From NCBI RefSeq assembly GCF_039654945.1, contig NW_027362024.1:620001-684000 (forward strand): DNA of 64,000 nt, given 5' to 3'. Origin of the DNA: Dendrobates tinctorius. Taxonomy: Eukaryota. This document shows positions 24,559 to 37,000 of the stretch, one piece after another; position 1 is the first letter of the stretch, and each line of letters opens with the position of its first letter. The position numbers and the translations under genes were made by a program. The notes under the pieces are model-generated. The model saw only the letters and a list, made by a program, of their open reading frames with translations. It ran no database searches and had not been told where the DNA came from.

Positions 24559-27500
24559 CCAGGAGCTACAGTCTGAGGAATGGGCTAAAAAGAGTTCACT
24601 AGACCCATGCACAGCTGTATAATGAGGCCCAGGCTTTATAGTGAGGGGACAGGAGTGAGGGCCTGTGCCCAGGAGCTACAGTCTGAGGAAAGGGCTAAAA
24701 AGCCTTCACTACACCGCTGTTCAGCTGTATAATGAGGCCCAGGCTTTATAGTGAGGGGACAGGAGTGAGGGCCTGTGCCCAGGAGCTACAGTCTGAGGAA
24801 AGGGCTAAAAAGCCTTCACTAGACCCCTGTACAGCTGTATAATGAGGCCCAGGCTTTATAGTGAAGGGACAAGAGTGAGAGCCTGTTCCCAGGAGCTACA
24901 GTCTGAGGAAAGGGCTAAAAAGCCTTCACTAGACCCCTGTACAGCTGTATAATGAGGCCCAGGCTTTATAGTGAAGGGACAGGAGTGAGGGCCTGTGCCC
25001 AGGAGCTACAGTCTGAGGAAAGGGCTAAAAAGCCTTCACTAGACCCCTGTACAGCTGTATAATGAGGCCAGGCTTTATAGTGAAGAGACAGGAGTGAGGG
25101 CCTGTTCCCAGGAGCTACAGTCTGAGGAAAGGGCTAAAAAGCCTTCACTAGACCCCTGTACAGCTGTATAATGAGGCCCAGGCTTTATAGTGAGGGGACA
25201 GGAGTGAGGGCCTGTGCCCAGGAGCTACAGTCTGAGGAAAGGGCTAAAAAGCCTTCACTAGACCGCTGTACAGCTGTATAATGAGGCCCAGGCTTTAAAA
25301 TGAAGGGACAGGAGTGAGAGCCTGTTCCCAGGAGCTACAGTCTGAGGAAAGGGCTAAAAAGCCTTCACTAGACCCCTGTACAGCTGTATAATGAGGCCCA
25401 GGCTTTATAGTGAAGGGACAGGAGTGAGGGCCTGTTCCCAGGAGCTACAGTCTGAGGAAAGGGCTAAAAAGCCTTCACTAGACCCCTGTGCAGCTGCATA
25501 ATGAGGCCCAGGCTTTATAGTGAAGGGACAGGAGTGAGGGCCTGTTCCCAGGAGCTACAGTCTGAGGAAAGGGCTAAAAAGCCTTCACTAGACCCCTGTA
25601 CAGCTGTATAATGAGGCCCAGGCTTTATAGTGAAGGGACAGGAGTGAGGGCCTGTTCCCAGGAGCTACAGTCTGGGGAAAGGGCTAAAAAGCCTTCACTA
25701 GACCCCTGTACAGCTGTATAATGAGGCCCAGGCTTTATAGTGAAGGGACAGGAGTGAGGGCCTGTTCCCAGGAGCTACAGTCTGAGGAAAGGGCTAAAAA
25801 GCCTTCACTAGACCCCTGTACAGCTGTATAATGAGGCCCAGGCTTTATAGTGAAGGGACAGGAGTGAGGGCCTGTGCCCAGGAGCTACAGTCTGAGGAAA
25901 GGGCTAAAAAGCCTTCACTAGACCCCTGTACAGCTGTATAATGAGGCCAGGCTTTATAGTGAAGAGACAGGAGTGAGGGCCTGTTCCCAGGAGCTACAGT
26001 CTGAGGAAAGGGCTAAAAAGCCTTCACTAGACCCCTGTACAGCTGTATAATGAGGCCCAGGCTTTATAGTGAGGGGACAGGAGTGAGGGCCTGTGCCCAG
26101 GAGCTACAGTCTGAGGAAAGGGCTAAAAAGCCTTCACTAGACCCCTGTACAGCTGTATAATGAGGCCCAGGCTTTAAAATGAAGGGACAGGAGTGAGAGC
26201 CTGTTCCCAGGAGCTACAGTCTGAGGAAAGGGCTAAAAAGCCTTCACTAGACCCCTGTACAGCTGTATAATGAGGCCCAGGCTTTATAGTGAAGGGACAG
26301 GAGTGAGGGCCTGTTCCCAGGAGCTACAGTCTGAGGAAAGGGCTAAAAAGCCTTCACTAGACCCCTGTGCAGCTGCATAATGAGGCCCAGGCTTTATAGT
26401 GAAGGGACAGGAGTGAGGGCCTGTTCCCAGGAGCTACAGTCTGAGGAAAGGGCTAAAAAGCCTTCACTAGACCCCTGTACAGCTGTATAATGAGGCCCAG
26501 GCTTTATAGTGAAGGGACAGGAGTGAGGGCCTGTTCCCAGGAGCTACAGTCTGGGGAAAGGGCTAAAAAGCCTTCACTAGACCCCTGTACAGCTGTATAA
26601 TGAGGCCCAGGCTTTATAGTGAAGGGACAGGAGTGAGGGCCTGTTCCCAGGAGCTACAGTCTGAGGAAAGGGCTAAAAAGCCTTCACTAGACCCCTGTAC
26701 AGCTGTATAATGAGGCCCAGGCTTTATAGTGAAGGGACTGGAGTGAGGGCCTGTGCCCAGGATCTACAGTCTGAGGAAAGGGCTAAAAAGCCTTCACTAG
26801 ACCGCTGTACAGCTGTATAATGAGGCCCAGGCTTTAAAATGAAGGGACAGGAGTGAGAGCCTGTTCCCAGGAGCTACAGTCTGAGGAAAGGGCTAAAAAG
26901 CCTTCACTAGACCCCTGTACAGATGTATAATGAGGCCCAGGCTTTATAGTGAAGGGACTGGAGTGAGGGCCTGTGCCCAGGATCTACAGTCTGAGGAAAG
27001 GGCTAAAAAGCCTTCACTAGACCGCCGTACAGCTGTATAATGAGGCCCAGGCTTTATAGTGAAGGGACAGGAGTGAGGGCCTGTTCCCAGGAGCTAGACT
27101 GAGGAAAGGGCTAAAAAGCCTTCACTAGACCCCTGTACAGCTGTATAATGAGGCCCAGGCTTTAAAATGAAGGGACAGGAGTGAGAGCCTGTTCCCAGGA
27201 GCTACAGTCTGAGGAAAGGGCTAAAAAGCCTTCACTAGACCCCTGTACAGCTGTATAATGAGGCCCAGGCTTTATAGTGAAGGGACAGGAGTGAGGGCCT
27301 GTTCCCAGGAGCTACAGTCTGAGGAAAGGGCTAAAAAGCCTTCACTAGACCCCTGTGCAGCTGTATAATGAGGCCCAGGCTTTATAGTGAAGGGACAGGA
27401 GTGAGGGCCTGTTCCCAGGAGCTACAGTCTGAGGAAAGGGCTAAAAAGCCTTCACTAGACCCCTGTACAGCTGTATAATGAGGCCCAGGCTTTATAGTGA

Positions 27501-29136
27501 AGGGACAGGAGTGAGGGCCTGTTCCCAGGAGCTACAGTCTGGGGAAAGGGCTAAAAAGCCTTCACTAGACCCCTGTACAGCTGTATAATGAGGCCCAGGC
27601 TTTATAGTGAAGGGACAGGAGTGAGGGCCTGTTCCCAGGAGCTACAGTCTGAGGAAAGGGCTAAAAAGCCTTCACTAGACCCCTGTACAGCTGTATAATG
27701 AGGCCCAGGCTTTATAGTGAAGGGACAGGAGTGAGGGCCTGTTCCCAGGAGCTACAGTCTGAGGAAAGGGCTAAAAAGCCTTCACTAGACCCCTGTACAG
27801 CTGTATAATGAGGCCCAGGCTTTATAGTGAAGGGACAGGAGTGAGGGCCTGTTCCCAGGAGCTACAGTCTGAGGAAAGGGCTAAAAAGCCTTCACTAGAC
27901 CCCTGTACAGCTGTATAATGAGGCCCAGGCTTTATAGTGAAGGGACTGGAGTGAGGGCCTGTGCCCAGGAGCTACAGTCTGAGGAAAGGGCTAAAAAGCC
28001 TTCACTAGACCCCTGTACAGCTGTATATTGAGGCCCAGGCTTTATAGTGAAGGGACAGGAGGGCCTGTGCACAGGATCTACAGTCTGAGGAAAGGGCTAA
28101 AAAGCCTTCACTAGACCCCTGTACAGCTGTATAATGAGGCCCAGGCTTTATAGTGAAGGGACAGGAGTGAGGGCCTGTTCCCAGGAGCTACAGTCTGGGG
28201 AAAGGGCTAAAAAGCCTTCACTAGACCCCTGTACAGCTGTATAATGAGGCCCAGGCTTTATAGTGAAGGGACAGGAGGGCCTGTGCACAGGATCTACAGT
28301 CTGAGGAAAGGGCTAAAAAGCCTTCACTAGACCCCTGTACAGCTGTATATTGAGGCCCAGGCTTTATAGTGAAGGGACAGGAGTGAGGGCCTGTTCCCAG
28401 GAGCTACAGTCTGAGGAAAGGGCTAAAAAGCCTTCACTAGACCCCTGTACAGCTGTATAATGAGGCCCAGGCTTTATAGTGAAGGGACAGGAGTGAGGGC
28501 CTGTTCCCAGGAGCTACAGTCTGAGGAAAGGGCTAAAAAGCCTTCACTAGACCCCTGTACAGCTGTATAATGAGGCCCAGGCTTTATAGTGAAGGGACAG
28601 GAGTGAGGGCCTGTTCCCAGGAGCTACAGTCTGAGGAAAGGGCTAAAAAGCCTTCACTAGACTCCTGTACAGCTGTATAATGAGGCCCAGGCTTTATAGT
28701 GAAGGGACTGGAGTGAGGGCCTGTGCACAGGATCTACAGTCTGAGGAAAGGGCTAAAAAGCCTTCACTAGACCCCTGTACAGCTGTATAATGAGACCCAG
28801 GCTTTATAGTGAAGGGACAGGAGTGAGGGCCTGATCCCAGGAGCTACAGTCTGAGGAAAGAGCTAAAAAGCCTTCACTAGATCCCTGTACAGCTGTATAA
28901 TGAGGCGCAGGCTTTATAATGAAGGGACAGGAGTGAGGGCCTGTTCCCAGGAGCTACAGTTTGAGGAAAGGGCTAAAAAGCCTTCACTAGACCCCTGTAC
29001 AGCTGTATAATGAGGCTCAGGCTTTATAGTGAAGGGACTGGAGTGAGGGCCTGTTCCCAGGAGCTACAGTCTGAGGAAAGGGCTAAAAAGCCTTCACTAG
29101 ACCCCTGTACAGCTGTATAATGAGGCCCAGGCTTTA
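24559..29136. repeat. 110-bp tandem satellite, ~41-42 copies
   Basis: Unit CCAGGAGCTACAGTCTGAGGAAAGGGCTAAAAAGCCTTCACTAGACCCCTGTACAGCTGTATAATGAGGCCCAGGCTTTATAGTGAAGGGACAGGAGTGAGGGCCTGTTC. Period 110 (for example 24671 to 24781). Confidence 0.98.
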
Positions 29137-29515
29137 GGCTGTGTGCACACGCTGCGGATTTTGCTGCGGTTCCGCAGCGGTTTTGGCCGCTGCGGACCCG
29201 CAGCAGTTTCTACTGCGGTGTACAGTACCATGATTCCCTATGGGAATCAAAAACCGCAGTGCAGACGGTGCGGAATTTTCCGCGCGGATTATCTGCGGTT
29301 TTCAATCCGCAGAAAGAATTGACATGTCAATTCTTTCTGCGGATTCTCCTGCGGTTTGCCATCTCCTCCATTGAGGAGATGAAAAACCGCAGGGCAAAAC
29401 CGCAGAGCAATCCGCAGGTAAAACCGCAGGTCTTTTGACCTGCGGTTTCACCTGCGGATTTTACAAAATCCGCGCGGATGAATCCGCACATAATCTGCAG
29501 CGTGTGCACACAGCC
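29137..29515. mobile_element. PIF/Harbinger-type MITE inserted in the last satellite unit
   Basis: Perfect TIR GGCTGTGTGCACACGCTGC and TTA TSD. The satellite sequence continues at 29516. Confidence 0.88.
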
Positions 29516-29585
29516 TTATAGTGAAGGGACAGGAGGGAGAAAAGTGGGGGAAGGAGCCAGAAGAGCCGGACTGCCCATCACTAAC

Positions 29586-30125
29586 CTGCAGAGCCGCACT
29601 CCACATATATGGCTGCTCTGTGCACAGGACCTGTGATGAGGTCACAGGAGGGGAGGAGTCAGGGGTCACATGATCTCCGAAGTGCAGACCTCCATGGAGG
29701 CTTCTCCTCAGTCAGTGACATTCCCGCCATTATTCGCCCCTCACTACTGGCACAATTACCCCGCGCCGCCTTCTCTACACAGTGTTATGTGTGGAATGTA
29801 ACGTGTGATTTCTCTGGAGGGAAATAGACCCCACACAGGAGGGAATTCTCACCGGTTACCGGCCGTCTACTATATGGCGGCATATGATTGTGCTATCGAC
29901 TCCACACCAGGAGCTAAAATGCCCAAATCTCGGTTATTTCCCCCTTCCGAGTCCGGCTGAGGCCGGGGTCACACTTGGGAGAAACTCGCCCGAGTCTCGC
30001 ACCTCAGGGCCCTTGTGGATTATCCTCTGTAGGGGAAACGACACCGGCTGTCAGGGACAGGGGGCCCCAATATAAATCCAATATTCGTTGTAAGAAAACC
30101 CAACCTGATGCCGCCATTCGGGGTA
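29586..30125 (-). promoter_or_regulatory. candidate promoter/first exon of the minus-strand KRAB gene
   Basis: CpG-richer island with three YY1-like CCGCCAT motifs (~29724, ~29874, ~30111) and a donor-like CAG|GTTAGT at 29586/29585 on the minus strand. Inference only. Confidence 0.35.
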
Positions 30126-30144
30126 ACCAATGCTCCGGCAGTCT

Positions 30145-30445
30145 GTGACAATGTCAGTAATTATATTTTCCTCACTGATTGGTAGATTTGTGGTAATTTT
30201 CCTGGATGATATAGTGAGTTACTCCCGTCCTCTGGAGGAGCATGCTGAGCATGTCAGACAGGTTCTCCAGGTTCTACGTGACAACTATTTATTTGGTAAC
30301 CTGGAGAAATGACAATTTGTGGTCCAGCAGGTCCAGTTCTCAGGACATGTGGCTTCTGCATTGGGGTCTCAGATGGACCCCGTTACGGTCCCAGCAGTCC
30401 CTTCATTGGTTTTATCCAAGTAACCTGAAAGTGTTACAGAGATTT
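30145..30445 (+). mobile_element. decayed Gypsy RT fragment
   Basis: [41 protein letters not shown]. Confidence 0.75.
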
Positions 30446-30716
30446 CTTGTAGTCGAGATACTGAGGAACAAACAAGCGAAAAATAGGGTCTTACCTGATA
30501 ACCAGATGTAATGAGAGTAGGGGAGTATTACACTCACCTGATGGAGTGGCGCCTTTACACCATGCTCAATGCATAAATCAGCTGCTGCAGGACCCGGGGC
30601 CAAAGACCGAGCAGAAGAGCTGATCCGGGTATAATGTGTCTGTACCTGCGCTGCTGATGGAGACGATCGGAGATGGAGATTTTCACTAAAAATGTTTATT
30701 CAAACAGGTTTTCAAA

Positions 30717-30758
30717 GTCAACGCGTTTCACAGTCACACAGGACGTCTTCCTCAGGAC
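30717..30758 (-). ncRNA. minimal type I hammerhead ribozyme motif (Penelope-type)
   Basis: Minus strand reads GTC-CTGAGGA-AGACGTCCTGTGTGACTGT-GAAAC-GC-GTT-GAC, with AATAAA about 20 nt downstream. Confidence 0.7.
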
Positions 30759-30814
30759 GAAACCTGAGAGCGGATAAACATGTCAAGCCTGGAACGTTTT
30801 ATATGCAGTCTTTA

Positions 30815-30948
30815 TAATAATAATAATAATAATCTTTTTATTTATATAGCGCCAACATATTCCGCAGCGCTTTACAGTTTGCACACATTATCATCGCTGT
30901 CCCCGATGGGGCTCACAATCTAAATTCCCTATCAGTATGTCTTTGGAA
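30815..30948 (-). mobile_element. L2-tail SINE/LINE 3' end (another at 32078-32240)
   Basis: (TTA)n tail plus GTAAAGCGCTGCGGAATATGTTGGCGCTATATAAATAAA on the minus strand, also matching 63260-63300 on the plus strand. Confidence 0.75.
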
Positions 30949-31112
30949 GGAAAAATGCCAACAAAGCACAAAATGTCAAAGTTCATGAGAAAGTCCGCCA
31001 CACAAAGATAAATTATAGTTCCTGAGAAAACAGAACACACTTACATACAATAATTATATTATAAAGTGCCTATGAATGAAGTGAGGTCACCTAAAAGAAT
31101 GAATAAAAATAT

Positions 31113-31330
31113 ACTGTATCTTCTGACTATAAGCCGCACCGGACCATAAGACGCACCCCAAATATTCAGAAGGAAAATAGGGAAAAAGTTAATGTGTGAA
31201 ATGGGGGTCTGTCCCACGGTCTGAATTCAGTAAACCCGGGGGGGATCGGCAGCGCTGGTGGAGCCGGGTCACAGGAGGTGTTCGGGGATCCAGCGATGAT
31301 CTGACTTATCCCAGGCTGGTGCAGCAGGAG
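31113..31330 (+). mobile_element. Tc1/pogo-type MITE left-end fragment
   Basis: TA|CTGTATCTTCTGACTATAAGCCGCACCGGACCATAAGACGCACCCC, same family as 56416-57069. Confidence 0.6.
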
Positions 31331-31379
31331 GCCCTGTAACATCTGTAATCTCACTGAGGCCATTTGGAGTAAGGGGGTT

Positions 31380-31850
31380 TAGTTTATAAATCCAGAAGAT
31401 TTCTTCCCGATGTAGTTGTCCAATGCGATTCTGTTCCTGTGGGGGAATCTCCTCTGTGGGGAATATTCTCAGTTGTGTGGAATCTTTCTTGTGTTTGATG
31501 GTGCAGTGACGTGAAAGCCCATGTTGGAGAAAACCCTATGGAGTATTGGAGCGGTGTGAGTTCAGCCTTTTGTGGAGGGGTTGGGTCGTCCTTCCCACAT
31601 ATAATTTCTGGTATGAGCATATAATCACGTGTGTAACACAACTGGTGGGACATGACATGGGAGTTTTGGTCGATAAAATTTCACCAGTAGAAATAAGGGT
31701 GAATTCAGAGAGACCATGGCAGATCGAGTCACAGCAGAGGCAAGTTTTCAGATTGCATGTAATGAGTTTATTCGGGAGACAGGCGATTTTTAGCAAATCT
31801 TCCTTCGTCTCTTTTATGTTTCTTGGTGCTAGGACATTTTTCAATGATAC
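31380..31850 (-). mobile_element. Penelope-like GIY-YIG endonuclease fragment
   Basis: CLCC...MSCPTSCVTHVIICSYQKLYVGRTTQPLHKRLNSHRS. Confidence 0.72.
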
Positions 31851-31879
31851 AAATCTTCAAAATGTCAAAAAGGGATTGC

Positions 31880-32075
31880 TGGGTAATGTTTTTCCCACTC
31901 CAGCTGTCTGACATGCTCATGATGCTCCTGCAGAGGACGTGAGTAACTCAATATATCATCCAGGTAAACTACCGCAAATCTACCCATCGGGGAGAAAAAA
32001 AATGACATTTTTAAAGACTGCTGGAGCATTGTTTAATCTGAATGGCATCACCAAATTTTCACTATGCCCCTCCGG

Positions 32076-32107
<32 letters not shown>

Positions 32108-32268
32108 CAGCGCCAATATATTCCGCAGCGCTTTACAGTTTAACAGTTTCAAAACACAAGTCATAAGTAACAACGTTAACAATACAATAATTAAAGCAAA
32201 ATAAGACGCCCCTGCTGGTGAGAGCTTACAATCTACAATATAATGCGGCCTTCCATTCGTCACCATTG
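31880..32268 (-). mobile_element. decayed Gypsy RT fragment interrupted by an L2 tail
   Basis: Minus strand reads [42 protein letters not shown]. Confidence 0.68.
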
Positions 32269-32418
32269 TGTATAAATGTAAGAGAAATCATAAGAGATTG
32301 AAAGAATTGTCACCCAGATCCTTCTTGCAATTTTATTCCATGGTGAAACGTGACATCAAACCATATTAGAGTGCGGCGTGCAGGTAGCAGGGAGCTATAC
32401 AGATGAGAGAGCCTGACA

Positions 32419-32460
32419 GACTACGGCCGTTTCGCACTTGCTTAGCGCTTCTACCGGTCC
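32419..32460 (-). ncRNA. variant-core hammerhead-like motif at the Penelope 3' end
   Basis: Minus strand reads GAC-CGGTAGA-AGCGCTAAGCAAGTGC-GAAAC-GGCC-GTA-GTC. Confidence 0.5.
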
Positions 32461-34050
32461 ATGCTTGTCAGGGGGTTACACCACTTTTTTTTAACAAGGG
32501 TTAGGGAATGGTTAACTGAGAAGTGCAAAACATTTACAGTGAGTACAGTGAAATGATTAATACAAAAAATGTAAAGAAATATAACATAGATCATAGCCAC
32601 ACAGACATATTCAATGTATCACTGAGGCCAAGGGGAACTTGTGCACCGCAATCCACAATCCATGCTGCTTCTCTTGTTAGTAGTAATCTATTCTGGTCAC
32701 CGCCTTGTACGGGATAATCAGCGGGCTCAATTCCTGCAGATCTCAGCACATTGGGGTCCGCATTATGGACCTCTCTTATATCATTAATGTCACAGATCCT
32801 TTCCCTGTGTGACTGAATGGAAATGTTCTCTGAGCCTGATGTGCCGCGGTCTAATAGTCTGGGCAGTATAATAATTGTCCTGGGCAGTATATGACATAAA
32901 GCACTTGCTCTGTGCGGCCCGTGATTAGTTTATCTAACGTCATCGCACCGATCCTCAGATTTCTCCTGTAAGATGGAGATGACAGAAGGAGCAATCCCCA
33001 CAATGGAAATGGCCTCTTGGGCGTCTTTCATGTAACCAGGTGACTTTATTGTTCTTCTCCTGGAATCTTTCCTGTAGCGATAAGTCATCTAAGTCACCGC
33101 TTCTTCTAGAAGCAATCGAGGGTTGTTCTTTGCTGCTACGGCTAAATCTTTATCTCCTCACAAATGCCAATTCCTTTTTATCGCTGATTTTATTACATTC
33201 ATATTGGGATTAGGTATAAAAGTAACAATAAACCTTTTATTATCTCGTCCTTTTTTCTGATCTTCCTCCTGGATCTTGTAACTAGACCCACATGGGTTCC
33301 TCCATCACTCTAGCAGAGTGTAATACTGTTGGCAGATGACCTCTGTGTAATAAGTCGTCTGTCAGGTCATTCGCTTGTTGTAGGAAACCTTCTTCTCTAC
33401 CATTCATTGTTCTCAGCCTCAGATACCGGCTGTATGGTCGGCCTCTGTTAGTATGTTCCAGGTGCGCATTATTAGAATGGAGGGACATATTGATGGCTGC
33501 AGGTTTTTATAGGTGCTGGTTATTATTCTACCATCCACTATTTTATTATTCACGTCTGAGAAAAAAGTTATTCCATCCAAATTGTGAATAAATCTCATAT
33601 TAACCTTATTCTCCTCGTTCATATATTTAATGAAATCATTAACCCCTTTCTGTACCCCTTTCTGTCCCAGCCCACACCAGAAACACATCATCCACGTACC
33701 GGTGGTCCACACGGAGGTGTCAGGTGGGGGTTTTACACTATAAATATATTTATTTTCAAAGTCTGGCAAGAACAAATTAGTGAAACTGCAGCATCTGGCG
33801 CCCCCATCGCTGTCCCCGTCATCTGGGTGGACCAGCTGCCCCCAAAAGAGAAGGCCTTATGGGACAATATAACATTCAGGCTTTCCAGGATGAATCCAAT
33901 ATAGTCATCTGTTTCAGCAGTTTTTTCCATAGATTTTTTATTGCTTCCAGTCCTGTGATTTGTGGAATTCGTGCATACAAGCTCCCGACGTCGATCAAAG
34001 CCAATTTATAACCCTCCTGCCAATCTATATCGGACACAATTCTCTATAAA

Positions 34051-37000
34051 TGTCATGGGAAGCCTAGGTGACTTTAGGCTAAAACCCCGGGGCCCCTGCG
34101 GTGTCCCTCAGACTAGGGGAAACCCTGTCTGTCCCTCAACCCAGGGTTTACACTGAAGGTGTGCCTGCCTGGGCCTCCACCCTGTCCTTGTCTCCTGTCC
34201 AGCCCTAAGCTGAACCCACCACCCTCCACCCAGTGAGGAGACCAAACACCAGACCCCACAAATAAGTATGGACAGGGATAACGGAAATGCACCACACCGC
34301 GTACACACAGGGGAATACAGTAATGTGCAAGGGCAACCAAATAATACAACACAGGGAGGCAAAATGGCAACAATGGAATATACTACACCAGCAACCGTAT
34401 GCTCCTTAGACCACCACTCCAGACCGGTATCGCTTAGCACAAGGCAAGAGCTATAGTCGGCGACGCCCATAGTCACGCAGGACAATTTAAAGACAGTGGG
34501 CGTGGCTAAGACCTCAGCCAGAATGACAACCTGGTTAACCCAATCCAAGCCGGATCAGAGGAACAACCAGCGCCGCTGAGAACAAAGTGGTAGGATGGGG
34601 TATTACCGCTGTCTGCCGGACACCCTGGTGCGAACAGTGTCCAACATGACAGTACCCCGTCTGCTACGAGGGACCCCAGGAACCTCACAATGTCGAGGAC
34701 CCGGCTTGTCCGGATGGCGGCGATGAAACATTGTAACCAGTCAGTCCGTATGTATGTCCGAAGCCGGCACCCAAGTCCTCTCCTCCGGACCATAGCCACG
34801 CCAGTGGACCAGGTACTGTAGAGTGCGACGCACTACCCGAGAGTCCACCACCTTGGACACCTCAAACTCCAATGTGCCATCCACCCAGACGGGAGGTGGT
34901 GGCACGGGCGAAACATCAACCGCACCCACGGCCTTCTTAAGTAACGCCCTGTGAAACACATTATGTATCTTGTATACGGCAGGTAACTCCAAACGAAATG
35001 CCACAGGGTTGATAATTGCGGAGATCCTAAATAGACCAATGAACCTGGGACCCAACTTAAGCGATGGTATTTTGAGTTTGATGTTCCTTGTAGACAACCA
35101 CATCCAATCACCCACACACAGGTCCGGACCTGGCACACGTCTACCGTCAGCCACACGTTTGTACCTAGAACCTACATTCAGCAAGCGCTGCTTTACTCTC
35201 CTCCAAACGGATGACAATTGTGCTCCCAACTGGTCCTCCTCAGGGATGCCTGCCGAGCACCCTTGGCGCAAGGTACAGAATTGGGGATGTTGACCATAAA
35301 CACAAAAGAAGGGAGATTCCCCAGACGATTCCTGACAATGATTGTTTATCGCGAATTCAGCCAGAGGAAGAAACGCCGACCACTCCTCCTGATTGTCAGA
35401 CACAAAACAGCGTAAGTATTGTTCTAGGTTTTGGTTCATACGCTCAGTCTGCCCATTCGACTGCGGATGGAAAGCCGATGAATGAGACAATTTAATCCCT
35501 AGGCGTGAACAAAAAGCTCTCCAAAATTTTGCCACAAATTGTGTACCTCTATCAGATACAATGTCAGACGGGACACCATGAAGTCTGACCACCTCGCGAA
35601 TAAATACCTGAGCAAGGGTCTTCGCATTGGGCAAAGATGGCAAAGCAACGAAATGCGACATTTTAGAGAACCGATCAACTAATACCAGAATGACCGTGTT
35701 CCCAGCCGAGGAGGGCAAATCAGTAATGAAATCCATGGAAATATCAGTCATTGGCTTACTGGGCACACAGAGAGGATGCAACGTGCCAGCAGGACGGGAG
35801 CGTGGTGTCTTGGCCCGTGCGCACGTGGTACAGGCTGACACATATGAGGCCACTTCCTGCCGGATTTTGGGCCACCAAAAACGACGTGATACAAGTTCCA
35901 GAGTGCCCTTAACCCCTGGGTAGCCCGCCAGGACAGTATCGTGATGTTCCCCTAACACCTTTAAGCGTAGGTGTAGTGGCACAAACGATTTATTAGGAGG
36001 CAGATCCGGCGGTACCTCCTCCTGAGCCTCAGCAATCTCTGCCTCAACTTCTGTCGTGAGAGCCGAGACCACAACACCCTTTTGGAGGATAGGCGATCCT
36101 CACGTGGCTCTCCACCCGGGAAACATCTGGACAAGGCGTCCGCCTTAATATTCTTAGAACCTGGTCGGTATGTCACAAAAAAATTGAACCGGGTGAAGAA
36201 TAACGCCCAGCGAGCCTGTCTGGGGGACAGGCGTTTAGCAGACTCTAAATAAAGCAGTGTCTGTTATAACAGTAATCTGATGGACAGCCCCCTCCAAGAA
36301 GTGTCGCCACTCCTCAAATGCCAACTTGATGGCCAACAATTCCCTGTTACCAATATCGTAATTATGCTCGGCAGGCGACAGCTTCTTGGAGAAGTAGGCA
36401 CACGGATGCAATTTGCCCAAGGATGGACCCTGAGACAGTACCGCCCCCACTCCAACTTCGGATGCATCCACCTCCACAGTAAATGGTAGGGAGACATCAG
36501 GCTGAACCAGGATGGGAGCTGAAGCAAAACTGTTTTTCAGGAATTCAAACGCGCGCACAGCAGCCTCAGACCAGTCAGAAAAATTGATACCTTTTTTAGT
36601 CATGTCGGTGAGCGGTTTAGCAATCATAGAAAAATTCTTAATAAATTTCCTATAATAGTTTGAAAAGCCCAGGAATCGCTGAAGCGCCTTGAGATTATCA
36701 GGCCGTTCCCACTGCAGCACCGCTTGCACCTTAGCGGTGTCCATTTTAAACCCTGCGGCGGAAATTACATAACCAAAAAAAGGTAATTCTTGGACGACAA
36801 ATACACATTTCTCAAGCTTGGCATAGAGCTTGTTTTCCCTGAGTAACTGCAATACCTGCCTAACATGCTCTATGTGTGCATCACGGTCGCGTGAGTAAAT
36901 AAGAATGTCATCAAGGTATATAATAACAAATTTCCCCAAGAGATGAGAAAAGACATCATTTATGAAATGTTGAAATACTGCTGGCGCGCTGGTCAACCCA

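Noticed and set aside
24559-29136. CRISPR array, or newt satellite-2-like hammerhead array (unit has CTGAGGA followed by a hairpin)
   Set aside because: There are no unique spacers or cas genes and the context is eukaryotic. The hairpin is followed by CACTA, not the required GAAA, and there is no stem III.
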